This document shows, one piece after another, positions 10,932 through 21,591 of a DNA stretch of 64,000 nt; the stretch's first letter is position 1, and every line of letters starts with the position of its first letter. The DNA lies in contig OY760175.1 in NCBI GenBank assembly GCA_963663165.1, positions 2,816,001-2,880,000 of the forward strand, read 5' to 3'. Both the position numbers and the translations under genes were made by a program. Source of the stretch: an uncultured Desulfospira sp. (lineage in GTDB: Bacteria > Desulfobacterota > Desulfobacteria > Desulfobacterales > Desulfobacteraceae). The notes beneath the pieces are model-generated. The model was given only the letters and a program-made list of their open reading frames with translations, was not told where the DNA came from and made no database searches.

Positions 10932-12271
10932 TTCTTATTGCTCTGCTTCCATATCCCCTGCTCCCCGGCCGCCTTGATCAGGTCATCCCTGAAATCCGGG
11001 TGAGCCAGGCTTATGATGGCTTCGGCCCGCTGCCAGGTGGGCAAAAGGTGCATCCGGGCTGCGCCGTACTCGGTGACAATGTAATCCACCATCTGCCGGG
11101 GGATGGTGGTGATGGAGCCCGGCTTGAATGTGGGAACAATTCTGGAATGGACCTTTCCCGCCTGATCCGTGAAGGTGCTGGCAAGACAGATAAAACTTTT
11201 GCCGTTTTTAGACCACTGGGCCCCCAGGACAAAATCCCACATGCCGCCATTGCCCGAGATCTGGGAGTACCCGTTGCTTTCCGCATTCACCTGGGTATAA
11301 AGGTCCACCTGGAGGGCATTGTTAATGGAAATAAAATGGTCATGCCGGCTGATCACCCGGGGGTCATTGGTATAGGTCACAGGATAGGACGCCGCCGCCG
11401 GGTTTTTGTGTAAGAAATCATACATGCGCTGGCTGCCGATGGCAAAGGTATAGGCCACCCGGTGCCGGTCAAAGGCCTTTTTTGAACCGTTCATGCGGCC
11501 CGCCTGAATCATGTCCACATAGGCATCCACGAACATCTCGGTATGCCCGCCTAAATTTTTAAGGTCGCTGTCGGCAATCAGCCGGCCCACGGCATTGGGC
11601 ATGCCGCCGATGCCCAGCTGGATCACGCACCCGTCATGGATATGCGCCATGACATGTCCGGCAATCTTTTTGTCTGTTTCCGAGGGCTCAACCGCCGGGG
11701 CGGCAAAGGGGACCTGATCCTCGGGGGCTTCCACAATATAATCAATGTCGGATATATGGATGGATTCTTCGGCCCCCCCTAAGCAGACCGGCATGTGCTG
11801 ATTGACTTCCACCACCACTTTCTGGTTGATCTGCATCTTGATCCGGGTTTCGGAATTCTGGGGCCCTAAGTTAAACCAGCCCTTATCATCCATGGGGCAG
11901 ACCTGGTAGAACCCTACATTCCGGACAGGTCCCAGGCCGTTTTCAACCAGGGGGGGAATCAGGTGGTACAATACCGGTCCATAATATATATTGTTGTGGT
12001 GCTGTCTTAACAGACGGGTCAGTTTGCTGAACTGCAGATCGTTGTAAGTAAATGCATTGGGTTTGGTGACCACCATGGGAATGGGCGGCAGGGTGACGGC
12101 GGAAAATATGGACACATCCTCCAACTCATCCCCCCTCTCGGTCAGGGCCAGATCGCAGACACCGGGCTTGCCGTTGAAAAACCCATAATCCACCACATCA
12201 CCGGATTTAACAATCTTGACAGCCTGTTCGGCACTGGTCAGTTTCTCTTTGTATTCCTTTTGATATGACAA
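10925..12271 (-). CDS. Acetyl-CoA hydrolase/transferase family CoA-transferase (4-hydroxybutyrate/butyryl-CoA type)
   Basis: [15 protein letters not shown] catalytic Glu, [21 protein letters not shown]. Confidence 0.92.
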   Translation of the reverse strand: MSYQKEYKEKLTSAEQAVKIVKSGDVVDYGFFNGKPGVCDLALTERGDELEDVSIFSAVTLPPIPMVVTKPNAFTYNDLQFSKLTRLLRQHHNNIYYGPVLYHLIPPLVENGLGPVRNVGFYQVCPMDDKGWFNLGPQNSETRIKMQINQKVVVEVNQHMPVCLGGAEESIHISDIDYIVEAPEDQVPFAAPAVEPSETDKKIAGHVMAHIHDGCVIQLGIGGMPNAVGRLIADSDLKNLGGHTEMFVDAYVDMIQAGRMNGSKKAFDRHRVAYTFAIGSQRMYDFLHKNPAAASYPVTYTNDPRVISRHDHFISINNALQVDLYTQVNAESNGYSQISGNGGMWDFVLGAQWSKNGKSFICLASTFTDQAGKVHSRIVPTFKPGSITTIPRQMVDYIVTEYGAARMHLLPTWQRAEAIISLAHPDFRDDLIKAAGEQGIWKQSNKKG

Positions 12272-12314
12272 TTTGACTCTCCTTTATTGTTTAAAAGCCG
12301 TTAGCAATTAGCGG

Positions 12315-12938
12315 TTATCCTTTGATTAATCCTGTCAGAAAGAACTGTTCAATCATCTCAATACAAGGCTCCATGGGGCTCTGCCCGCCGTCGTTATACC
12401 AGTCAAGGAGGCAGTCGGTGATAATGGTTCGCAGGCACAACAGGGCCGTTTTGGGGGGGATGGATTTAAACCGGCCTCTTTCCTTTCCTGACATGAACGC
12501 CTGCTCCACATGGCTTGCACAGGCCCGGTAGCGGGCCGCAAGGGAATCGGGCAGCTGGTATCCCGGGTCCATGCCGGCACCGGCAAACTGCTTTAAATAC
12601 ATGGACATCTGTCTTGGATAAATTTTATAGACGTTGGCCGCGGCCCGGATATACTGGCGGATAAGATCAGTTTCGTCGGTCACACCGGCAAGAAGGGCCT
12701 GGATTTCCTCTTCAAAGGCCTGAACCACTGCCTCCTGGATGGCATAGTAGATCCCCTCTTTTCCCCCGGGAAACAGGCGGTAGATCTTCCCCACGCCAAA
12801 TTCAACGGCCCGGGCAATTTGGGCCACGGTCACACCGGTATACCCTTTTTCATAAAACAGGGTAACGGCGGCCTCCAGGACCTCTAAGCGGTTGAATTGC
12901 CGTTCCAGCATCTTCCGGGTTGGTGTCTGCCCGTCCAC
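12315..12938 (-). CDS. TetR/AcrR family regulator
   Basis: LEAAVTLFYEKGY..VAQIARAVEFGVGKIYRLF HTH; GGAGG RBS before GTG. Confidence 0.9.
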   Translation of the reverse strand: MDGQTPTRKMLERQFNRLEVLEAAVTLFYEKGYTGVTVAQIARAVEFGVGKIYRLFPGGKEGIYYAIQEAVVQAFEEEIQALLAGVTDETDLIRQYIRAAANVYKIYPRQMSMYLKQFAGAGMDPGYQLPDSLAARYRACASHVEQAFMSGKERGRFKSIPPKTALLCLRTIITDCLLDWYNDGGQSPMEPCIEMIEQFFLTGLIKG

Positions 12939-12954
12939 ACGCCTCCTTTAAAAA

Positions 12955-12978
12955 AAAACGGAATGGTCATTCCGTTTT
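12955..12978. promoter_or_regulatory. Probable TetR operator
   Basis: Palindrome aaaacggaatg-gt-cattccgtttt about 16 nt upstream of the TetR start. Confidence 0.7.
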
Positions 12979-13098
12979 GAAATTATCATTCTAATAATAT
13001 AAATTTTTCTTTTTTGCAAGCTGGAGCTGACCCAAGGTCACTTGTTATCATGCGTAAGGGATGACCGGGGAGCGGCAGGTTATACCGATGGAAAAATG

Positions 13099-13210
13099 GT
13101 GGACAGTGTGGACCGGGTGGACCGGGTGGACCGGGTGGACGTTGTGCGAAAAATTCCTCAGCTGTCCACAGGGTCCACTTTGTCCACCATGTCCACTTGT
13201 CCACTATGTC
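13099..13210. repeat. 9-bp periodic GTGGAC x5 / GTCCAC x5 inverted array
   Basis: Five gtggac units at 9-nt spacing, then five gtccac units. Confidence 0.85.
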
Positions 13211-13371
13211 AAAGACACTTGACAGCTGCGGCAAGAAAAGAAGGAATTATTTTTATTGAGGCTTGGCCTTGAAGGCAGGGCCTTAAAAGGTTCCGGCCCA
13301 TGTTCCGCTGACAAACAAAAAGCGAACCATGGGCCGGGGAAGCGTGGAGGGATCAGTTTAGAAATTCAGGC

Positions 13372-14172
13372 TTAGGCCTGTTTTCTGCGAAGGCCGGCAA
13401 GACCGATCAGGCCGCCTGACAGTAAAAAGACAGCCGAAGGGACCGGCACGGCACTGGCCGTATTGAGAACAGCAATGGCATCCAGGTCAAACCCGGCGCT
13501 GCCACTTGTCATATAAGGATCGTAGATAACATCTCCGCTAGTGTCTGTGTATGTCCCATCGCCGATAATGTCGATTATCTTGACATAGCTGATGCTGTTA
13601 AAATCCAGGTATTGCAGCTCTTCTTCTGTATATGAATCATAAAGATCGGACAAATCAAAAGGAGTACCGTATCCTTGTTTGTATTTGCCGGCCAGACCGG
13701 TAATATTGGTGGGGTCCACAGATCCAAACGCACTTACACTGCTTGAGGTCTGTGAATCATTGTAGAACCGGTACCAATTTATCCCGTCAGAAGAAACTTC
13801 CACATAGGCAAGTTCCAGAAAAGTGTTATTAAAACTGTTCTCAAAAACGGCAAAGTCATAGCCGTCCCCGTCAGCAATGACCGTATCAAAGGTCAATGTG
13901 ATTGACCCGCCTGCTCCCAGGCAGACAATGTCGTATGAAGAGCCTACCGCCTCACCCAATGCCTTTTCCGGGGTCTGCCAGCTACTAGAAACTCTGTCGC
14001 CGACAATATAGTCCTCATATCCGGTAGCCCAGGCTATGATGGATTCATCAGTCATATAAATTGCAGTGGAACCATCCACTCCGGCTGCTGGGGCATAAGG
14101 TCCCGCCACAGCCGTACCGCAAATCAAAAAAGCAGCCATTAGATTGAGTAGCAATAAAATTTTTCTTGTCAT
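13372..14172 (-). CDS. VPLPA/PEP-CTERM sorting-domain surface protein
   Basis: Signal peptide; C-terminal [30 protein letters not shown] motif. Confidence 0.88.
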   Translation of the reverse strand: MTRKILLLLNLMAAFLICGTAVAGPYAPAAGVDGSTAIYMTDESIIAWATGYEDYIVGDRVSSSWQTPEKALGEAVGSSYDIVCLGAGGSITLTFDTVIADGDGYDFAVFENSFNNTFLELAYVEVSSDGINWYRFYNDSQTSSSVSAFGSVDPTNITGLAGKYKQGYGTPFDLSDLYDSYTEEELQYLDFNSISYVKIIDIIGDGTYTDTSGDVIYDPYMTSGSAGFDLDAIAVLNTASAVPVPSAVFLLSGGLIGLAGLRRKQA

Positions 14173-14321
14173 GTTTTCTCCTTTGTTCTTAAATTTTTAA
14201 TCACAGTCTTTGCCATCGCTGTCATAAAGTAATGGGGAAAATCCCCAAAGAAAACCCGGACTACCCGGGCTTTATCCGAATAGCGGTATACCATAAGACA
14301 AAGAGGCATTGCTGGTACTTA

Positions 14322-14370
14322 TTTGCTAAATGATAGGACTTTCTTGCTAAAGATAGCACTTTCTTGCTAT
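14322..14370 (-). promoter_or_regulatory. Tandem TAGCAAGAAAGT direct repeats, candidate activator site
   Basis: Minus strand tagcaagaaagtgctatctttagcaagaaagtcctatcatttagcaaa; near match at 48288-48332. Confidence 0.5.
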
Positions 14371-14976
14371 TCCCAATTTTTTTAAGAAAATTGAACCTGA
14401 AATGGCCAAATTATACAGGGCAGATGCATTCAACCTGGCTGTTTTATCCACCGATCTAACCCAGCGCCATGTTTTTCCTCAGCCTGCCATAACAACTTTT
14501 ATTTTTTCCAGTCAAATCCCCCAATCCGGTCATCTCATCCGGCCCCTTCCAGGCCAGGCGAATTTATCATCGCAACCCAAGTTAGCCTGACATATCTGAA
14601 AACAAACCTTGTATTTAAGTTCCGCGTGTGTTAAATATCGTACGATCTAAACTAAAGTTCATTCATACTTTTTTTAAATTAAACTGGATTCTAATCCCCC
14701 GGCCTGCGCCGGCCAAACCACGCTGAGGATCTGTTCGCCGATGATCCGTAAAAGGACGAAACCGCTTGCCGAAAACCGGCACCAGCGAAATTTTCATGGG
14801 GCAACCGGTGCGTTCAGACGGCTGCCCTAAACCGGATGACAGGTTCAAAATGACGCCGCCATCAAATCAAACGGGTCCCATGCCCGGTCCCCCTATCCGG
14901 CCCTCTCCGGACAATCGTGTGAGCCGGAAAAAAACAATCTTAATTCAGCCATTTTTAATACGGAGGTTAGTGACAT

Positions 14977-17022
14977 ATGAAAAAGCTTCACAGTATTTCA
15001 TCGCGTTTTCTGTTATGGACGGTGCCGCTGCTGTTTATTTCCCTGGCAGCAATGACCGGCATTATCTATGTGATTGAACAGGGAAACCAGAAAAATGCCA
15101 CCATCGCCATTGGCCAGCAGGCCACGGAACAGACCTCCGTGGCATTGGAGAACTGGATCGCAGACCAGGTCAGGATCGTTCAGATGATCGCCGGCCAGAG
15201 CGTGGTGATCGCGGCCTGTAAGGACCCCGGAAATCCGGAAGCCGTGACAGCTGCCCAGGCATATGCGCAGTCCATCCATAAGCAGTTTCCATATTATGAG
15301 AATGTTCCCCTTTTCGCGAAAATGGCGGACGGAAAGACCGCGGACATTCAGACTAAAAATGGCATAAAACCGGTGGGGGACGGCCAGATCTTCGTGGACA
15401 CCGTGGACACCAAAACCATTGGCAAAGGCGGCCCCAACCTGAGCTATGTCAAGGCGGTTTTCAGCGGAAAAGACTATTTTATCAGCCAGGTTTATCCCAG
15501 CCTTCTCCGGGGGAACCCGATTTTTGTGATCGCCGCCCCGGTGAAAGATGACGCCGGAAAATTAATCGGGGTGGCTGCCATTGCCCCCCAGATGAGTTTT
15601 TTCACGGATATCTTTGTCAGCCAGATCGCCATCGGAAAAACCGGGTATCTGTTCTTTATTGACGACCGGGGAATGATGCTGGCCCACCGGGACAAAAGCC
15701 TGATTCTGAATAAAGATGTCCGGGAAAAGTGGGGCGGACTGATCGATCAGATCCTGTCCGGAGACAAACTGATTGAGGCATCCGACAATGGCTCGCAACG
15801 GTTTTATATCACCCGGATGATCAAAATCCCCGACGAAAAGATTCTGCACAAATGGTACATGGTGTTTGGCCAGAATCAAAAAGAGGTCATGGCATCGTCG
15901 GCCCATTTTCTCAAAATTCTGTCCCTGATCAGTCTGATCCTGCTGGCCTGTTTTTGCGCGGGTCTCTACTTTTTATGCCGGATGATCGTTGTCAATCCGG
16001 TGAATCAGACCATGCTGGCCATCAAGGATATTGCCCAGGGCGAGGGCGACCTGACCAAACGGCTGGATATGTCTTCCAAGAATGAAATCGGGGAGCTTTC
16101 CCGGTGGTTTAACGTCTTTATTGAACGTTTGCAGACCATTGTCCAAAAAATAGCCGCCACCTCAAGTGCCATTGATTCAAATTCCAATCTGTTATCCGAG
16201 ATTTCAGAAAGCCTGCTGAACGATTCAGGCGCCACTTCGTCAATGGCGGCCAGTGTCACCGGTGCCTCAGAAGAGATGAATACCAACCTGGCCAACGTGG
16301 TCCGGGCCATGGAAGACTCTTCTGCCAATGCCAATATGGTTGCCAGCGCCGCTGAAGAAATCAACAGCACCATTCAGGGAATCTCCCAGAATGCGGAAAA
16401 GGCGCGGGATGTGTCCAAGGATGCGGTAAACCAGGCCGGAGAGGCCTCAAAGAATATGGCAGACCTTGGCACTGCGGTAGATAAAATCGGTAAAGTGACC
16501 GAAACCATCACCGACATTTCCGACCAGACCAATCTGCTGTCCCTTAATGCCACTATTGAGGCAGCCCGGGCCGGTGAGGCCGGAAAAGGATTTGCCGTTG
16601 TGGCCAATGAAATCAAAGAACTGGCCAAGCAGACGGCCGGCGCCACCTTAGAAATCAAAACCCTGATCGAAGCAGTTCAGAATACCACCGGCAAAACCGG
16701 AGACGATATCACACGAATTTCAGAAGTGATCAGCGGCGTCAATGAAACCGTGGGGGCCATCGCCGTTGCCGTGGAAGAACAGACCGCCACCACCAGCGAA
16801 ATCGCCACCAACATCACCCAGACCAGTGAAAGCATCCGGATGGTCAACGAAACTGTTAACCAGAGTTCTGCTTTGGCATCCAATATTGCCGGGGATATTG
16901 CCCAGGTATCCACGGCATCCCAGAGCATTGAGGACAACAGCAGAAACATTGAACAATATGCCCAGGAGCTGACGCAGCATTCAACCGAACTCAATGAAAT
17001 CGTGAGCAGTTTTAAGGTATAG
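14977..17022 (+). CDS. Methyl-accepting chemotaxis protein (Cache-HAMP-MCP)
   Basis: Two TM helices, periplasmic Cache-like domain, [34 protein letters not shown]. Confidence 0.96.
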   Translation: MKKLHSISSRFLLWTVPLLFISLAAMTGIIYVIEQGNQKNATIAIGQQATEQTSVALENWIADQVRIVQMIAGQSVVIAACKDPGNPEAVTAAQAYAQSIHKQFPYYENVPLFAKMADGKTADIQTKNGIKPVGDGQIFVDTVDTKTIGKGGPNLSYVKAVFSGKDYFISQVYPSLLRGNPIFVIAAPVKDDAGKLIGVAAIAPQMSFFTDIFVSQIAIGKTGYLFFIDDRGMMLAHRDKSLILNKDVREKWGGLIDQILSGDKLIEASDNGSQRFYITRMIKIPDEKILHKWYMVFGQNQKEVMASSAHFLKILSLISLILLACFCAGLYFLCRMIVVNPVNQTMLAIKDIAQGEGDLTKRLDMSSKNEIGELSRWFNVFIERLQTIVQKIAATSSAIDSNSNLLSEISESLLNDSGATSSMAASVTGASEEMNTNLANVVRAMEDSSANANMVASAAEEINSTIQGISQNAEKARDVSKDAVNQAGEASKNMADLGTAVDKIGKVTETITDISDQTNLLSLNATIEAARAGEAGKGFAVVANEIKELAKQTAGATLEIKTLIEAVQNTTGKTGDDITRISEVISGVNETVGAIAVAVEEQTATTSEIATNITQTSESIRMVNETVNQSSALASNIAGDIAQVSTASQSIEDNSRNIEQYAQELTQHSTELNEIVSSFKV

Positions 17023-17131
17023 CGTGCAGGGAAATATCCGGGTTAGGCTGAAGGTATTTGAAGCCCCCCAATCCCTTCAGCCTAAATTTTATTATTATCC
17101 CTATCACCCAAACAAAGTGCTGTTAACTACG

Positions 17132-17164
17132 GGCAAGTTACATGCGATCACCCTGACCGGCCCA
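17132..17164 (+). repeat. 33-bp direct repeat, copy 1
   Basis: ggcaagttacatgcgatcaccctgaccggccca, identical at 21487-21519; here it is the left arm of a hairpin ending at 17182. Confidence 0.9.
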
Positions 17165-17455
17165 CAGGGCAATCGCATGTAAAAGAAAGCCATCTATTCC
17201 GCAATTGAAAATAAGGATAATCTCCAATTATGTAGCGTGTTTGATTATGTTGTGAGTTTTATTCATTTTTATTCAAAAAGATTTTTCAAATCTTTCATTT
17301 TATTCGTATAATTCCAAATCATATGCATAGAAAAAGCCCGGAGTAGCCCCTCCGGGCTTTGATTGTGAACTCCCGTCGATAGCCGGAGAAGCCCACACAC
17401 ACAGTTATATTTCTATATCATTTTCCGGTTATCTGCAATACCGGAAAAATCTAAA

Positions 17456-17842
17456 ATGCTTTTAATTCCAAATACATGCCGATGGTGCCATTTCGTATTT
17501 TTTGTTTGCAGGTTCTGCTGGAGAGGGCAGGCCTATTGTTGCAGGGACTGCCGTAAGGCCGGAATCCTCAGAAACAAAAGAGAAGCACAGCGACGATACC
17601 GCCAGACCGAGAAGGGGAAAAGACGGCATCGGGAAGCCGAGAACCGGCGTCGGCATCGAAAAAAAATTCAAGAGACAAAAAACATGGATGATACAGCTTC
17701 CACAGTGCTGCCTGCTTGGTGTAGGACAATAATATTGTGGATTTTGTTTCAGATTCAGGGCCTTCCAATCAAACCATATTGTCAGTTCTGCGGCTCTTCA
17801 GGTCAAGTCGTCACACAATTTCCCCGGCGGGGATATGGATAA
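17456..17842 (+). CDS. Cys-rich, basic hypothetical protein (putative zinc finger)
   Basis: CRWC..CRFC..YCCRDC, Arg-rich helix, C-terminal CQFC. Confidence 0.7.
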   Translation: MLLIPNTCRWCHFVFFVCRFCWRGQAYCCRDCRKAGILRNKREAQRRYRQTEKGKRRHREAENRRRHRKKIQETKNMDDTASTVLPAWCRTIILWILFQIQGLPIKPYCQFCGSSGQVVTQFPRRGYG

Positions 17843-18275
17843 ACGTAAAAACTGGAGGCGCGGCATGGTAAAAAAAGAAATCCTGAACCCTTCAAGGGTG
17901 CGTTGTATCAAAGGAGGATTTAGTTTTATCCCCCATCGGTTTCTTACGGGTGGATTTTTGCGAGCATTAAGCCGGGACGAGTTGTTATTGTATTTTTTCC
18001 TGGTTCTGGCCGGTGACCGCAACGGATTAAGTTTTTACAGTTATGATAAAATATGCACCCTGCTAAAAATGCAACTGGACCAGTACATTGAAGCTCGGGA
18101 TGGATTGATGGAAAATGATCTGATTGCCTTTGACGGCACCATTTACCAGGTGCTTTCCTTACCGGCCAACCTTATACAATCTGCTGTACAAAAAAAATCT
18201 TCCCTGAACAGCCGTCAACCTGAATCAGTTGGAAAAATTTTGAGCAAACTGGTTATGGAGGCCGATCATGGTTGA
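17835..18275 (+). CDS. Putative HTH DNA-binding protein (start may be 17865)
   Basis: GFSFIPHRFL..LLLYFFLVL..GLSFYSYDKIC; overlaps both neighbours. Confidence 0.7.
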   Translation: MDKRKNWRRGMVKKEILNPSRVRCIKGGFSFIPHRFLTGGFLRALSRDELLLYFFLVLAGDRNGLSFYSYDKICTLLKMQLDQYIEARDGLMENDLIAFDGTIYQVLSLPANLIQSAVQKKSSLNSRQPESVGKILSKLVMEADHG

Positions 18276-19185
18276 GCAGACACCCAAAAGTCCGCCCGGT
18301 TATGATCTGGATCAGATCCGCCGGGATTATCTGGACCATATGCTTAAAATCAAGGAAAGCTCTCCTTCTCAAACCTGTTGCAGGACCAAAATTATCAAAG
18401 CGTTTGACAGTTATCTGCAAACATCGGGAGTCTCACTGGTCAATATAAACATAGGGCATGTTGATGATTTTCTGGCAAGGTTCAATGCCCCATATGCAAA
18501 GAGTACCCAGGGGGTATACCGTTCCTGTTTTCGAGGCTTTTTGCACTACCTGTATAATGAACGGCATTTGATCCAACAGAATTTAGCCCCGCTTGTGACC
18601 GGTCCGCCAATGTTTGCTCAAGTCAAGCCTCCTAAATTTTTAAGACCCGGTGAAGTCCGTCAGTTATTTGATCATTTGCCCTGTGCAACATCCAAAGAGC
18701 TTCGTGTCTATGCACAGGTTCACCTGGCTTATTATCTTGGATTGCGCCCCATTGAAATCAGCCGCCTTACTCTGGACGATATCTGTTTTGCCAAAGGACT
18801 GCTAAACCTGGAAAACACAAAAAATGCAAAGCCCCTTCAATTGCCCATTCCCGATGAAGTTATCAAAGCAATCACCGCTTATATCGTTGGAGGCAGGCCT
18901 AAAAGTCAGTCTCGCTCTCTTTTTTTAACCAGCCATTGCCCACCTTACAGAGCTGTAAGTGCCTGGCTCACCAGGCACGATTTAACAAAGGCGTTGCGGG
19001 CTGCCGGTCTTCCCGGTACAGGATATTGGCTGCGCCACACCTTTGCACAAAACATGCTGGAAGCAGGTGCCGGCATTTTTGAAATCAAAGAAATGATGGG
19101 GCATTCCATCATTGATTCCACAAAAGTATATCTAAGTATCCACAAGGAATTGATGCGCCGGGTGTTGTTCGATGAAACCGTTTAA
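18268..19185 (+). CDS. Tyrosine recombinase, first of trio
   Basis: GLRPIEI, YWLRHTFA, MGH, TKVY. Confidence 0.92.
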   Translation: MVEQTPKSPPGYDLDQIRRDYLDHMLKIKESSPSQTCCRTKIIKAFDSYLQTSGVSLVNINIGHVDDFLARFNAPYAKSTQGVYRSCFRGFLHYLYNERHLIQQNLAPLVTGPPMFAQVKPPKFLRPGEVRQLFDHLPCATSKELRVYAQVHLAYYLGLRPIEISRLTLDDICFAKGLLNLENTKNAKPLQLPIPDEVIKAITAYIVGGRPKSQSRSLFLTSHCPPYRAVSAWLTRHDLTKALRAAGLPGTGYWLRHTFAQNMLEAGAGIFEIKEMMGHSIIDSTKVYLSIHKELMRRVLFDETV

Positions 19186-20146
19186 AAGCTTTTTGGCCAC
19201 AGAGATGGAAAACTTTATTGTTTACCGGCAAGGACTGGGATACAGTTGCCATATGCTCCGGTGGGCCTTGCTTACCTTTGACGATTTTTTAATGAGGCAG
19301 CCGGATCTCTCAGACATTTGGATGCCCCATTTTTATATCACCTTTAAAAATGAGATTGGCCTTGAGCCCTCCGGCGTAGCCAGCATTCTAAATGTAGTTC
19401 GAGGCTTTTTTGATTATCTGAAACGGCAGCGGATAAATCTTGATAACCCTTTGAAAGATGTGACCGCTCCGGCCCGACGCACCTTCATCCCCTTTATATT
19501 CTCACCGGAGCAGGTAGAAATGTTACTGGGGGTGGTATGCGGACGGATCCGGCAAACCCCTATGCGGTTCCTTAAAGATTACAGTGAATATCTGGTGATC
19601 CTTCTGCTTGCCCGCTGTGGGCTGAGGATGAATGAACCCTTGCGCCTGAGATTGAAAAATTACCGGCCGGATGAAAAGACGATTTACATAGAGAAAACCA
19701 AGTTCAAAAAGGACCGTCTTATCCCTATTCCAAAATCAACTGCCATGCAGATTGACAACTATCTTTTAACCAGGGCCGCTTTAATTGAAAACGATATGAA
19801 TCCCTACCTGTTCATGGGGATAGGGGAAAACGGCTTGAACGATAACCGTATTCGCTCTGTTTTTCACGATGCTGTGCGTCAAATCGGGATCCGCCGCCCA
19901 AGGAAAATTATCGGCGACACGACCTTTGGGAAGCCCACTCCGCACTGTTTACGGCACTCTTTTGCCATTAACACCTTGAAGGCAGCCATTGCCCGGAAAC
20001 AATCACCCCGGAATGTGCTGCCGGTGCTTGCCGGCTATATGGGTCATGTTGAGTATAAATACACCATGGAATATTTGAAAGCAGTTGATGCTGAAAGCCG
20101 CGACAGCCTGTTCAAATTTACCACCGGCAGAAGGGATGAATCATGA
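19172..20146 (+). CDS. Tyrosine recombinase, second of trio
   Basis: GLRMNE, KTKFKKDRLIP, HCLRHSFA, YMGH..TMEYL. Confidence 0.93.
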   Translation: MKPFKSFLATEMENFIVYRQGLGYSCHMLRWALLTFDDFLMRQPDLSDIWMPHFYITFKNEIGLEPSGVASILNVVRGFFDYLKRQRINLDNPLKDVTAPARRTFIPFIFSPEQVEMLLGVVCGRIRQTPMRFLKDYSEYLVILLLARCGLRMNEPLRLRLKNYRPDEKTIYIEKTKFKKDRLIPIPKSTAMQIDNYLLTRAALIENDMNPYLFMGIGENGLNDNRIRSVFHDAVRQIGIRRPRKIIGDTTFGKPTPHCLRHSFAINTLKAAIARKQSPRNVLPVLAGYMGHVEYKYTMEYLKAVDAESRDSLFKFTTGRRDES

Positions 20147-21162
20147 ACCTGACCCGTTGCGTTGTTCAATTTTTTGACCAATACCTGCCTTATGTCAAAG
20201 GGTGCCGCCCCAATACGATCAAAAGTTACCGGGATACCATGCGCTTTTTTTTACCGTTTGCTGCCGAGTACCACAGCGTAAAGGTCAGTTCGCTCAATCT
20301 GGAACATATCACGGTAGAATTAATTTTGCAGTTTCTCAATGAGCTTGAATCCAAACGGTCCAACACGGCTAAAACCCGGAACCAGCGCCTGGCCGTTTTA
20401 AAGTCTTTTGCCAAAATGATCCGTTTTATTTATCCCGAGCAACAAAAACTGACCAATGCGATCCTTGATATTCCCCGGAAACGAAGCCAACACAAGTTGA
20501 TCGGATTTTTGTATCCCCAGGAGATCAATCAAATCCTTAATGCGGTCCAACTTAAAAGAAAGGACGGGTTCCGAGATTATACCCTTCTGTATCTATTATA
20601 TGATACCGGTGCCAGGGCAACGGAAATCGCTACCCTTGAGATGGATTATTTTGATTATGAAAATCAAACTCTGGCGATTCTTGGGAAGGGTAACCGATAT
20701 CGACAAGTTCAGTTGCTTGGGAAAACAGTAGAGCTTATGCATCAGTATATTGAAGAACATCGCAATACGCCAATCCATCCGTTTAAAAAAAGGCTGTTCA
20801 TCAACCAAAGAGGAACAAGCTTGACCCGCCACGGTATCAACCGGATCTGTAAAAACTACCTTGAACAGGCTTTACCGGCAAAGCGGACAGCGACCATGCA
20901 CCCCGTCCATAGCTTCCGTCATTCGTGTGCCGTTCGAATGCTCTCAGAGGATCGGCCTTTATCTGAAATTAAGAATCGCTTGGGGCATTCTAATGTCAAA
21001 TCCACAATGGTTTACTTAAAGCTTGATCTAGGCCAGAAGCGACATTTACAAGAGAACTTCATCCAGTTCACCAAACAGCACCTGAAATCTGATCCGAAGA
21101 TTGAGGAGTTGATCCAGTGGGAAAACAAGCAAAACGTTCTTGAGTGGCTGGATAGTCTATAG
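20143..21162 (+). CDS. Tyrosine recombinase, third of trio
   Basis: NTIKSYRD, TRNQRLA, GARATE, GKG, HSFRHS, LGH..TMVY. Confidence 0.93.
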   Translation: MNLTRCVVQFFDQYLPYVKGCRPNTIKSYRDTMRFFLPFAAEYHSVKVSSLNLEHITVELILQFLNELESKRSNTAKTRNQRLAVLKSFAKMIRFIYPEQQKLTNAILDIPRKRSQHKLIGFLYPQEINQILNAVQLKRKDGFRDYTLLYLLYDTGARATEIATLEMDYFDYENQTLAILGKGNRYRQVQLLGKTVELMHQYIEEHRNTPIHPFKKRLFINQRGTSLTRHGINRICKNYLEQALPAKRTATMHPVHSFRHSCAVRMLSEDRPLSEIKNRLGHSNVKSTMVYLKLDLGQKRHLQENFIQFTKQHLKSDPKIEELIQWENKQNVLEWLDSL

Positions 21163-21345
21163 ATCCTTACAGACTTCATCACCAGCACTCCTCAGGGCAA
21201 ACTGTAGCTGTTTATTATGTTTAGTGATTTGTTGCAAATTTGTCATACCCTTGATAACCCACTGTTTATTTGAACGATTTTGACTTACGGCATTACGGCG
21301 CCCAAACCACCGTCAATCAAGGCTTCAGGACCGCTCGCAACATAA

Positions 21346-21459
21346 CTCCAAAAAATTGGACTTGGGACTTGGGATATGGGACCTGGGGATTGCGGCATCC
21401 ACGGCCTCCCCAAGTCCCATATCCCATATCCCAAGTCTCAACAATATACATTATTATCC
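21346..21459 (+). repeat. 114-bp hairpin repeat, copy 1
   Basis: Identical to 26966-27079; arms built from ttgggac/tgggata and tcccata/tcccaag heptamers. Confidence 0.95.
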
Positions 21460-21486
21460 TTATCACCAAAATTGGCATCACCAGCA

Positions 21487-21519
21487 GGCAAGTTACATGC
21501 GATCACCCTGACCGGCCCA
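21487..21519 (+). repeat. 33-bp direct repeat, copy 2
   Basis: Identical to 17132-17164. Confidence 0.9.
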
Positions 21520-21591
21520 TCCCCATCCTTGACAAAAACTGAAAACAATGTCAGCTATATGGCATGAGACTCAACCGTTGAGGGGGCCATC

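Larger units (their letters stand above)
17228..21345 (+). mobile_element. RIT (recombinase-in-trio) element with two cargo genes
   Basis: Three overlapping tyrosine recombinases; ends ttatgtagcgtg / ctcgcaacataa (10 of 12 inverted match); ctccaa duplicated at 17222-17227 and 21346-21351. Confidence 0.85.

Noticed and set aside
13099..13210. CRISPR array or coding repeat (ORFs 12986-13234 and 13042-13272)
   Set aside because: The 9-bp periodic inverted array has no unique spacers; the ORFs are translations of the repeat
14738..14765. Hammerhead ribozyme
   Set aside because: Core reads CCGAUGA rather than CUGAUGA, lacks the G10.1-C11.1 pair, and I found no stem I/III with an NUH site
17132..21519. 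33-bp direct repeats as attL/attR of the recombinase element
   Set aside because: The inner inverted ends, the ctccaa duplication and the matching empty site near 26960 explain the boundaries better; kept only as an alternative
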